Source: a bacterium
GTDB taxonomy: Bacteria; Krumholzibacteriota; Krumholzibacteriia; LZORAL124-64-63
Length of the DNA: 28,687 nt
NCBI GenBank assembly: GCA_031441465.1
Contig: JANOEP010000018.1
Span: 1-28,687, forward strand
Reading direction: 5' to 3'
In this document: in pieces, positions 1 to 7,652 of the stretch
How the letters are laid out: the number at the start of each line of letters is the position of its first letter
How positions within the stretch are numbered: position 1 is the first letter of the stretch
The notes under the pieces: generated by a model
The model's database searches: none
Told to the model about the DNA's origin: nothing
The model's input: the letters and a program-made list of their open reading frames with translations, nothing else
Program-made: the position numbers and the translations under genes

Positions 1-369
1 GGCGGACCGCATGCGCTCGGTGTGGTAGAGCAGGCAGTGGCGGCCGAGCCGGCTGAGCTGGCGGTCGATGGTAGAGGGAGCGACGCGAAGGTCCCTGGCG
101 ATCTGTCGGTTGGCCATGCAGCCGGTGGTCTTGGTCAGCAGTTGCGGGAGGATGTCGGGGCGCTTGAGCCAGTAGGAAGTGGCGAAGGTCTGGGTGCTGA
201 AGGAGCGGCGGCAATGGAGGCAGAGGAACCGCTGGATACGGTGCGGGCTGAGGTGTCTACGGTAGTAACCGATGCGTTTGAAGCGCCAGCCTGGGGCCAA
301 CTGCCTGTGGTGGCGGCAGTTGGGGTTGGGGCAGTGAGGCGGAATGAAGCGGGTGTCGTCGGTATGCAT
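1..369 (-). CDS. IS1-like transposase, N-terminal part (Zn ribbon + HTH); runs off the window edge
   Basis: Manual translation from ATG 369 is open to base 1: MHTDDTRFIPPHCPNPNCRHH...RIQRFLCLHCRRSFSTQTF...MANRQIARDLRVAPSTIDRQLSRLGRHC. CPxxxC...CxxC zinc ribbon followed by an HTH, as in InsA-like IS1/IS1595-type transposases. Not in the ORF track because its stop lies outside the window. Confidence 0.75.
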   Translation of the reverse strand, partial: MHTDDTRFIPPHCPNPNCRHHRQLAPGWRFKRIGYYRRHLSPHRIQRFLCLHCRRSFSTQTFATSYWLKRPDILPQLLTKTTGCMANRQIARDLRVAPSTIDRQLSRLGRHCLLYHTERMRSA

Positions 370-400
370 GCCCGGCCCGTGGCATCAAGCGGGCCGGGCA
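369..400. repeat. 11-bp perfect inverted repeat overlapping the transposase start
   Basis: tgcccggcccg (369-379) / cgggccgggca (390-400), 10-nt loop. Confidence 0.8.
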
Positions 401-418
401 CATTTTCAGCGGCACAAC

Positions 419-1510
419 CTACTTGGCGAGGGTTAATCTGACTGTGCGAACACCGGACACCGTCACTAGTCGCGCCAAGTACACTCCCGATGCCGCACCC
501 CGACCGTCCGCGTCGCGCCCGTCCCAGACCGCCTCGTGCGCCCCGGGCGGCAGGTCGCCGTCGACCAGCGTCCGGATCAGGCGCCCGGTGACATCGAACA
601 CCGCAAGCCGCGTTAATCCGGCGGTGGGGAGTGCGAAGCGGATCGTGGTCGTCGGATTGAACGGGTTGGGGTGGACGGCCGTGAAGGACGCGTCCACGAT
701 CGCGCCCGCCCCGGGAGCGTCCACCGTGCCCTCTCCAGCCGCTTCGATCAGCGCGGCGACGAAGAGCGGCGCCACGGCAAGGTTGGCGGCGGCGTTGGGA
801 TGCGAGTCGGGGCTGCTGCAGCTCGTGCTCTCGCAGTAAACCGTGCGCAGGGTGTTGCGGTCCGTCTCGTCGCGCGGCGTGGCCAAGGCGTCGAACAGGT
901 CGAAGAAACGCAGGTTCGGGTGTCCCCCGACGAAAGCCGCCGAGCCGAGCCAATCGGCGAAGGCACGACCCCGGTCGGCCTCAGCCAACGTCGAGAGGCA
1001 GGGGTGCATCGGCGGGGGCGACATGATCAGGAAGACGTGATCGGGATGCAGGTCCAGCACGTCGCGGATCTCGAGGTACCAGGTCTTGTACTGCGCGAGC
1101 ATCGCGTCGGTCTCGATCAGCGACCCCCCGTAGCACGACTTGAACGCGATCACCTGGTGGTTGGTCAGGATGGAGTCGCGCGCCGAGTTGGACGTGGTCC
1201 AGAGCTGGTGGAGGCCGACCACGTACGTGTCGTCGTCCGGGATGTGGTAATAGCGGCCCGGCATGGCCCCGTCCGGATCCATCAGGCCGATGGCGTTATA
1301 GTCGTGATCCCACAGCACGAACTGGGTCCCGTACTGGGTGTTGTAGTTGTCGATGAGCTGCCGCACGTTCCCTTCTTCCAGGATGTTGCGACCCACGGAA
1401 TGGTGCAGCATGAACAGGTTGGTCAGCGCCCGGGCCGGCGTCGGCGCGGTCGCTGCCATCAGCAACAACGCCAGCAACACGAAGCCCGCGCGTTTGATTC
1501 GGTTGATCAT
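419..1510 (-). CDS. Secreted SGNH/GDSL-like hydrolase-domain protein with C-terminal FlgD-Ig/T9SS-type sorting domain
   Basis: ATG 1510 with GGGAG RBS; signal peptide (…PARA|L); HHSVG and DSHP motifs; C-terminal HPNPFNPTTTIRF…WDGRDADG…SGVYLARL. Confidence 0.75.
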   Translation of the reverse strand: MINRIKRAGFVLLALLLMAATAPTPARALTNLFMLHHSVGRNILEEGNVRQLIDNYNTQYGTQFVLWDHDYNAIGLMDPDGAMPGRYYHIPDDDTYVVGLHQLWTTSNSARDSILTNHQVIAFKSCYGGSLIETDAMLAQYKTWYLEIRDVLDLHPDHVFLIMSPPPMHPCLSTLAEADRGRAFADWLGSAAFVGGHPNLRFFDLFDALATPRDETDRNTLRTVYCESTSCSSPDSHPNAAANLAVAPLFVAALIEAAGEGTVDAPGAGAIVDASFTAVHPNPFNPTTTIRFALPTAGLTRLAVFDVTGRLIRTLVDGDLPPGAHEAVWDGRDADGRGAASGVYLARLVTVSGVRTVRLTLAK

Positions 1511-1630
1511 GGTCACTCCCATTCACATTGAACGACAGATGGCGACACTCATGCCTGCGGCCCCTTCGACTCAGCCGGTTGCGAGACCGCAACGACAAAG
1601 CTCGCCCACGGAGGAGCCACTTGAGACATA

Positions 1631-1647
1631 AGCCACTTTCATGCCGA
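1631..1647 (-). promoter_or_regulatory. Putative sigma54 (-24/-12) promoter for the SGNH-like gene
   Basis: Minus strand CGGCATG-AAAG-TGGCT (GG-N10-GC) with an AT-rich, IHF-like tract immediately upstream (1650-1675). Confidence 0.45.
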
Positions 1648-1885
1648 TCTTATTTTATTGAATAATATATAGTTACATCGATCGCCTCGGGAGTGATCCC
1701 ATCATAATGATGCGAGGGGGATTCCTGGGAATGGCGAGCTTCACCTGACGGATCGCCGCACACTCATGACCAGAACCGGAGAACGGGCAGCAATGACGAG
1801 AGCCTATCGGTCGCTTCGGACCCGATCCGGCGTGCACCTTCCCCGGCCGGCTGAGCCTGGTCTGTCGGATTCTTTGCAGGATGGG

Positions 1886-1938
1886 TCGATCGGGGCGGCT
1901 CCCTCAACTTGATGATCGTTCCGTCGTTATGAGGTGAC
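1886..1938 (+). repeat. Imperfect direct repeat, copy A
   Basis: 43/53 identical, ungapped, to 3071-3123. Confidence 0.7.
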
Positions 1939-1965
1939 CAGCTGGAACATCTCGACGGCAGGGGC

Positions 1966-2886
1966 CTAATCCGACGCACTTGCCTCGAACCCCGTGTCCG
2001 CATCCGCAGCCACCAGTACGCGGTTTTTTCCGCTGCGCTTGGCCTTGTAGAGCGCCGCATCCGCCTTATTCACGAGGTCCCGATACGTCCCGGTCTTCTT
2101 CCCGCACGACGCCACGCCGATGCTCACGGTCACCTTCCCGCCGCCGGGCAGGCGCTCCACCAGTTCCCGGTTCAGCCGGACGGCGATCACGCCGGCTTCC
2201 TTCACGGCGGTCATCGGCAGGATGACCGCGAACTCCTCGCCGCCGTAACGGCAGCAGATGTCTGCTTCCCTGGACACCCGCATGATGGTCCTGCCCATCG
2301 CGGCCAGGATCCGGTCGCCCTCGGGGTGCCCGTGCGTATCGTTGACGATCTTGAAGTCGTCGATGTCGATCAGGATCAGGGAGACGGCCGCGTTGTAACG
2401 CACATAACGCCGCACCTCCAGGTCGATCTGCTGGTAGAAGTAGGTATGGTTGAAGAGCCCCGTCAGGCCGTCGCGTAGCGACAGTCCCACAATTTCGTCG
2501 ATGTGCTCCTCGCCCACCAGCGTGGCGGAATCCATGTAGGTCGTGATGTTCGAGAGATAATCCAGGGCGGCGACGACGATCCGGACGTTTCGGCCCAGGA
2601 TCTTCGATAATTCGGCTTTGTGGTGCAGGATTTCCGTCCACAGGACTTCGGCGCTGTCCGGGGAGAAATACTGGTGCGTGATCGCGTAGAGAAGATCGGA
2701 ATAGAAGCCGGTCCCGCGGCTCTTCTTGAGATCGCCGAGGAGGTTCTTCTCGGTTTTCGAGAGCGGCCTGTCCCCGGCCAGGGCCGACACCAGGTCCAGA
2801 GAGAGTGCGCCGAGGCCGAGGATCCACCACCTGCGATCAGCGTCGGCCTCGTCGGCGGGAGACGAAGGGTCGTTCGGGACTGTCAT
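1966..2886 (-). CDS. Diguanylate cyclase (GGDEF domain) with uncharacterised N-terminal domain
   Basis: DGLTGLFN, DIDDFKIVND, RxxD I-site (READ) and GGEEF active-site motif; start at ATG 2886 or GTG 2895. Confidence 0.92.
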   Translation of the reverse strand: MTVPNDPSSPADEADADRRWWILGLGALSLDLVSALAGDRPLSKTEKNLLGDLKKSRGTGFYSDLLYAITHQYFSPDSAEVLWTEILHHKAELSKILGRNVRIVVAALDYLSNITTYMDSATLVGEEHIDEIVGLSLRDGLTGLFNHTYFYQQIDLEVRRYVRYNAAVSLILIDIDDFKIVNDTHGHPEGDRILAAMGRTIMRVSREADICCRYGGEEFAVILPMTAVKEAGVIAVRLNRELVERLPGGGKVTVSIGVASCGKKTGTYRDLVNKADAALYKAKRSGKNRVLVAADADTGFEASASD

Positions 2887-3070
2887 GATGGGCACCCGCT
2901 TTCTTCATGCCAAACCTGCCGATGCCGTTCACCTCGCCTGACGGCAGCATCGGGCCGCGACCCGACCATGGCTGACTCAGGCATCCCAATATAACCACAA
3001 CCGGTGCGGGCTGCCTTCGCAGTACACAGCAGATCCCGGGGACGTAACATTGATCATCGATCGGGAGGGA

Positions 3071-3123
3071 TCGATCGGTTCGGCTCTATCATCTTGACGA
3101 TGGTCCCGCCGTTATGAGGGGAC
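3071..3123 (+). repeat. Imperfect direct repeat, copy B
   Basis: 43/53 identical, ungapped, to 1886-1938. Confidence 0.7.
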
Positions 3124-3194
3124 TTTCGAAAAACGTTCGCCGGCTGATCTGCCTCAATCTCCTGAATACAATCCACTTACGACCATCGGACCGG

Positions 3195-3211
3195 GCGGCA
3201 CGGTTCATGCC
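3195..3211 (+). promoter_or_regulatory. Putative sigma54 promoter
   Basis: CGGCACG-GTTC-ATGC (GG 3197-98, GC 3209-10), about 90 nt upstream of ATG 3302. Confidence 0.55.
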
Positions 3212-3301
3212 ATGTCCACGGAGAAGAACCGGTATCACGGCGCAGGCGACATGGTGTCGCCGCGAACCCGATGCGGAGCACCGACGGGAAAGGCTCGTGT
3301 C

Positions 3302-3523
3302 ATGAGAATCATCGGTATCCTGCTCGCAGTCGCGGGCGTCATCGCGCTGGTCTACGGCGGAATCGACTACACCAGGAACCGCAATGTCCTCGAGGTGGGT
3401 CCGTTGAACATCACCACCACCGAACACAAGTCCTTCCCGATCCCGGCCGTCGTCGGCGTGGCTGTATTGGTCGTCGGCGTCGCGCTTCTGGTGGGCGGCA
3501 ACCGCCGATCCAAGATCCTGTGA
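3302..3523 (+). CDS. Small two-TM membrane protein (DUF3185-like)
   Basis: 73 aa MRIIGILLAVAGVIALVYGGIDYT…VLEVGPL…IPAVVGVAVLVVGVALL; two hydrophobic helices. Confidence 0.75.
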   Translation: MRIIGILLAVAGVIALVYGGIDYTRNRNVLEVGPLNITTTEHKSFPIPAVVGVAVLVVGVALLVGGNRRSKIL

Positions 3524-4305
3524 TCCTCGACGAATCATCGCCCGGAGCGGGGCAACGTCACGACCTGCGAACGCACCGGGGCGACGCCCCGGACGCCGGT
3601 GTCCTGATCGGCCTGCAGTGCGCCGAAGTGGATCGACGCGTTGCCGATCGCGCCGCAGCCTACGCCCGAGGGGTCAAGCGCGGCCTCGACGTGGCCATAT
3701 CGATCGTTGCCCTGACCGTCTTCATCGCGGCCCTGACCCTGCTCGCGCCTGCCATCAAGCTCGACTCGCGCGGCCCGGTCTTCTTCCTGCAGCCCCGCAT
3801 CGGCGTCGACCGACGACGACGGCGTTCGCCCTGCCCGCCGCACCTCGATCGGCGCCACGTCATCAATCCGGGGCGGCCCTTCCGGATCTTCAAGCTGCGC
3901 ACGATGTGCCTGGACGCCGAGGCCGACGGACCGCAGCTGGCCGTGAAGGACGACGAGCGCGTGACCCGGGTAGGCCGAGTCCTTCGCAAGTCCCGGCTGG
4001 ACGAGTTCCCGCAGTTCGTCAACGTCCTGCGGGGCGAGATGAGCGTCATCGGACCGCGTCCGGAACGGCTCTGCTTCATCCGCCAGTTCGAACACGACGT
4101 GCCGCGCTACCGCGAGCGCCTGGTCGTCCTGCCCGGCATCACCGGCCTCGCCCAGGTGATCAACGGCTACGACACCGACCTCGCTTCGGTCCGGCGCAAG
4201 GTCGTCCTCGATCGCCGATACATCGCCAGCCTCGGCCTACGGACCGATCTGAAGATCCTGGCCCTGACCTTCAGGGTCATGCTCGACGGCGAAGGCGCCT
4301 ACTGA
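3520..4305 (+). CDS. Bacterial sugar transferase (phosphoglycosyl transferase, WcaJ/PglC-type catalytic domain)
   Basis: KRGLD, FKLRTM, SRLDEFPQFVNVLRGEMSVIGPRPE, PGITGLAQV motifs; GTG 3520 overlaps the upstream stop (GTGA); start uncertain. Confidence 0.88.
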   Translation: MILDESSPGAGQRHDLRTHRGDAPDAGVLIGLQCAEVDRRVADRAAAYARGVKRGLDVAISIVALTVFIAALTLLAPAIKLDSRGPVFFLQPRIGVDRRRRRSPCPPHLDRRHVINPGRPFRIFKLRTMCLDAEADGPQLAVKDDERVTRVGRVLRKSRLDEFPQFVNVLRGEMSVIGPRPERLCFIRQFEHDVPRYRERLVVLPGITGLAQVINGYDTDLASVRRKVVLDRRYIASLGLRTDLKILALTFRVMLDGEGAY

Positions 4306-4317
4306 AGTCGATCCGGC

Positions 4318-6393
4318 TCAAGGGATCTGCCAGCCGACGGACACGGCCGAGTTCCCGTCGGCGAACCCGCGCGCCGCATCGATCCGGAGCTGACCTGCCA
4401 CACCCAGCCCTTTCAGCCGCAAGCCCGCGCCGCCGTCCACCTGCCACGGGACCCGGCCCGCTCGCCCCGTGTCCCAGGGCCTGGCTCCGTCGACGAAGAG
4501 AATCCAGCCGAATTGCACGGCTCCCGGCTGCCGGAACCAGGCCTGCCTCTCGATCGTCGCGTGGGCGAGCGTACGCCCGAAGACCCGGCCCTCGATGACG
4601 CCTCCAGCCAGCAGGGGATGGGCGCGCAGGAGCGGGGCGCGCCCGTCGCCGGTTCCCGCTCCGGACCAGAGAGCCAGCGGTGCTTCCGGGGTCGCATGGA
4701 AGACTCCCAGCCGGCCCTGCCATCCGTCACGCTGATCCACGCCGCGCGAGCACCCTTCGAGGGACAGGCCCCCGGTCCCGAACGGAGCGCGGTTCTCGAG
4801 ACTCCGCCACCGCGCCAGTTCCGCCCTCAGCGCTAGGCGGTCGCCTGCCCATCGCGTCTCCGCGCTGCCCGACAGCGAGAGATGGGTTCCCCGGTCGGCC
4901 CACGCATCCAGCGCCGCACCGATCCCGAGACGGAAGTCCGGGCCGAACCAGTCCGCGAAGGAGAGGGACGTGCGTCGGCGCTCCTCCAGACTCGTGCCGG
5001 CGCCCGCCGGGCCGCTCCCCTCGGGAAGAACCCGGGCCGCATAGGTCTGTCGCTCCCAGAACCCTTCCACGCACCAGACGCCGGGTCGGCCTCCGGCTGC
5101 CGGCACGGCCAACGCCAGCAACACTCGCGGCCGCTCCCGCCACCAACTCCACCCGGCGGACCACAGCTCCCCGTTCCCCGTGGGGCTCGCCACTTCGATG
5201 GTGACGTCGTGCCGCAGCAGGGCCTTGATGGCGGCGCTCCCGACGTCCCAAGGTCCATCGAACACGCGGGGACGCTCCAGCACGGTCGCGTTCACCTGGA
5301 CGATTCCAGCCGGCAATGGCCTCAGGCTCAACCGGGAGGCCGACCTGGCCGGTAACTCCTCCAGACGCCGGCAGGCACGGCGGAAGGATTGTGGCGTGAG
5401 TAATTGGCCCGGCGGCAGATCGAGCTGGGCGGCCGCGGCGGCGTAGCGGATGCGCTCCAGGCCGTCGATGCGCGTCAGATCGGTCAGGGGTTCCGACAAG
5501 CGGTTCCAGGCACGGAGCGCGCCATCCACATCCCCGAGCAGGAAGCGGCTGCCGGCCAACAGCCGACACGCGTGGGCATCGCTCGCGTCGAGCGCCAAGG
5601 CGCCCTCCGCCAGCCGGCTTGCGCCTTCCCAGTCCTCGGCGCGGAACCGCAGGCCCGCGCGCTCCCGCAACGGCAGGGCGGACCCGGGGTACAGTGCCTG
5701 AGCCGCGAGGAACCCGAGTTCCGCGCCGGCGAAGTCACCTTGCCGAGCCAGGAGAATACCCGCCTCCACCAGAGTGTCGCACCCCTCCGGAGCGACGGTC
5801 ACCGGGAGATCAGCCGCGGCGGGATTCGGAACGTCTCCCCCCCCGGACGATTGCGGTGGGAGGACCAGCAACGCCCAGTTGCCGCTCCCGGACCAGGCGG
5901 ACTCGAACTCCGCCTCGCGCACGGCCCGGAACGGCCCCACGTTGGGATCGTGGACGATCACCCACCCGTTGGCCCACGCTACGAGCACCACGTAGTGATA
6001 GGAGTCGGCGCCCGCCCGCAGAAGGGCGATGACCGGTCGACCCTGGGCGAGGTGATCTTCGACCACGGCCGCCGTTCCCGCCAGGGAGAGCGCGGTCCAG
6101 CCATCGGCCTCGACGGCCTCCACGAGAGCGCCGGCCTGGATGCCGGCCTGGCCGGGCTCCGCCAGAGCTGCGAAGTCCTCGGCCATGACGCCGGTCCTAC
6201 CCCAGAAACGCAGGACCATGGCGAGGGCGGCCCCGCCGCACAGCGCGCCGCTCTGGGGCACATATGGAACATCGAGGAGCTGGACCCTTTCCGGCGCGCT
6301 CCTCTCGACGCTAGGCGATTCGGCTGTCGCCCGGGCGAACCCGGCAAGTGCGACCGCCGACACGCAGAGTCCGGTTGCCAGCCACGCTCTCAT
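4318..6393 (-). CDS. C39-family (PA2778-like) cysteine peptidase fused to TPR, POTRA-like and outer-membrane beta-barrel domains
   Basis: Signal peptide; Q47/C52 (VPYVPQSGALCG), H133 (YHYVV), D149 (HDP); TPR-like helices ~205-300; POTRA-like ~305-375; amphipathic beta-strands ending GAGLRL…LRIDAARG…VSVGW. Confidence 0.75.
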   Translation of the reverse strand: MRAWLATGLCVSAVALAGFARATAESPSVERSAPERVQLLDVPYVPQSGALCGGAALAMVLRFWGRTGVMAEDFAALAEPGQAGIQAGALVEAVEADGWTALSLAGTAAVVEDHLAQGRPVIALLRAGADSYHYVVLVAWANGWVIVHDPNVGPFRAVREAEFESAWSGSGNWALLVLPPQSSGGGDVPNPAAADLPVTVAPEGCDTLVEAGILLARQGDFAGAELGFLAAQALYPGSALPLRERAGLRFRAEDWEGASRLAEGALALDASDAHACRLLAGSRFLLGDVDGALRAWNRLSEPLTDLTRIDGLERIRYAAAAAQLDLPPGQLLTPQSFRRACRRLEELPARSASRLSLRPLPAGIVQVNATVLERPRVFDGPWDVGSAAIKALLRHDVTIEVASPTGNGELWSAGWSWWRERPRVLLALAVPAAGGRPGVWCVEGFWERQTYAARVLPEGSGPAGAGTSLEERRRTSLSFADWFGPDFRLGIGAALDAWADRGTHLSLSGSAETRWAGDRLALRAELARWRSLENRAPFGTGGLSLEGCSRGVDQRDGWQGRLGVFHATPEAPLALWSGAGTGDGRAPLLRAHPLLAGGVIEGRVFGRTLAHATIERQAWFRQPGAVQFGWILFVDGARPWDTGRAGRVPWQVDGGAGLRLKGLGVAGQLRIDAARGFADGNSAVSVGWQIP

Positions 6394-6404
6394 GGCTCGG
6401 GGGC

Positions 6405-6827
6405 TCAGTTCGAGATGAGGATCAGGAGCAGCAGGATGATGATGATCGCGGTCGTCGAGATGACGACATTGCCATCGCCGCCTGCGAGCCCGTCGTTGAC
6501 CGTTCGGGCCTGCGCCGCCAGCGATGCGAGCGAGGTTCCCGACAGGACCGCAGCGGCGGCGCTGGCCCGCTCGAGATCCAGACCGGCGGCCCCGGCAACG
6601 CGGCGGACGTCCTCCCGCTGCAGCATGACCTGGATCACCTGCCGGTCAGCGTCGGCCTGGTCGATCTGCTGATCGATCATGACCAGGATCTCGTGATCGC
6701 CGACGACATGGCGCGGCTGATCGGCGGCCGGATCGGCGGCCGCCGCGCCGCCGGCGAACACCAACATGCAGACGCCGACGGCGCTCGCCCTCGCAACGGC
6801 CTGGGCGAATCGCTTGAATTCGTTCAT
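6405..6827 (-). CDS. PA2779-family-like protein (signal peptide, helical body, AGG motif, very hydrophobic C-terminal tail)
   Basis: ATG 6827 with GGGAG RBS; 140 aa ending LAGGDGNVVISTTAIIIILLLLILISN; 11 nt upstream of the C39 peptidase gene. Confidence 0.78.
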   Translation of the reverse strand: MNEFKRFAQAVARASAVGVCMLVFAGGAAAADPAADQPRHVVGDHEILVMIDQQIDQADADRQVIQVMLQREDVRRVAGAAGLDLERASAAAAVLSGTSLASLAAQARTVNDGLAGGDGNVVISTTAIIIILLLLILISN

Positions 6828-6877
6828 GACGCACTCCCATTCGTGTGGTGACCCATCAGTCGATCCATCACGAGCTT

Positions 6878-6893
6878 TGCAATCGACATGCCG
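6878..6893 (-). promoter_or_regulatory. Putative sigma54 promoter of the PA2779-like/C39 operon
   Basis: Minus strand CGGCATG-TCGA-TTGCA, close to the TGGCACG-N4-TTGCW consensus; predicted +1 about 40 nt before ATG 6827. Confidence 0.65.
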
Positions 6894-7022
6894 CGACGCA
6901 ACAAAGTCGTAACCATCTGTTATCATGACTGTTGTGTTGCAAAGCCTACTGGGGAGCACCCTCAAATTGGAGCCGGCATCCATCACAATGATCGGAGTGA
7001 TTCGTCGCCGATCCCGAGGCGG

Positions 7023-7469
7023 CTAATCCGGTATCTCGGCCTCGACGAGCTTCGCCAGCATCACGAGCGATTCCTGCCACCCGAGATAGCACATCTCGAC
7101 GGGGATGACTTCGGGAATCCCCTCCTGCACGACGTTCACCTCTGTCCCGCAGGACACCACGCTCAATGTGATCGTCGCCTGCATCTCGCCGGGCAGATTC
7201 GGATCGTCGAACTTGTCGGTGTAGCAGATCCGCTCGTTCGGCACGAGATCGAGATACTCGCCCCCGAAGGCGTGGCCGTGCCCCGTCGTGAAGTTCGTGA
7301 ACGACATGCGGAACGTGCCGCCGATCCTGGCGTCCAGATGGTGGACCTTGCCGGTGAAGCCGTGGGGCGGCAGCCACTTGACCATCGCATCGGCGTCGAG
7401 GAAGGCGCGGTACACCCGTTCGGGGGGCGCCCGCAGAACGCGGTGGAGTCGGACCGTGCCGGTTGCCAT
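7023..7469 (-). CDS. SRPBCC (AHSA1/START-like) family protein
   Basis: RVLRAPPERVYRAFLD…WLPP…GWQESL pattern; GAGGAG-like RBS. Confidence 0.9.
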   Translation of the reverse strand: MATGTVRLHRVLRAPPERVYRAFLDADAMVKWLPPHGFTGKVHHLDARIGGTFRMSFTNFTTGHGHAFGGEYLDLVPNERICYTDKFDDPNLPGEMQATITLSVVSCGTEVNVVQEGIPEVIPVEMCYLGWQESLVMLAKLVEAEIPD

Positions 7470-7652
7470 GGTGATTCCTCTCCTCGATGACCGGATTCCC
7501 GGCCACCGACTCGGTATGGGTCGAGCGCTTCCGCGCCGGCGCTTCAGGAATGCATCACGAAAAACATGAGCGCTCCGATCCGCAACGTCGACCGGACGAT
7601 GCTCCCGCTTCCATCTCCCCGGTCGTCCCGGGTTGGCGCGCGCCGTCCCGTG

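Larger units (their letters stand above)
1..419 (-). mobile_element. Probable left end of an insertion sequence
   Basis: The minus strand reads GGTTGTGCCGCTGAAAAT... from 419, abutting the stop codon of the neighbouring gene, about 50 nt before the transposase ATG. The other end is not in the window, so the terminal IR cannot be confirmed. Confidence 0.45.

Noticed and set aside
22..441. 139-aa + strand ORF
   Set aside because: Antisense shadow of the Zn-ribbon/HTH transposase on the minus strand
1764..2060. Apparent peptide similarity of the repeats (SPHNDGTIIKL vs SPHNGGTIVKM)
   Set aside because: Mostly non-synonymous differences and no credible start; explained by nucleotide similarity
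1886..3123. Integron attC/gene-cassette interpretation of the direct repeat (GTTATGA core)
   Set aside because: No matching inverse core or L-box palindrome could be paired, and there is no integrase in the window
7595..7608. gacgatgctcccgc, a 13/14 match to direct repeat copy B
   Set aside because: Too short and the flanks do not align; could be chance
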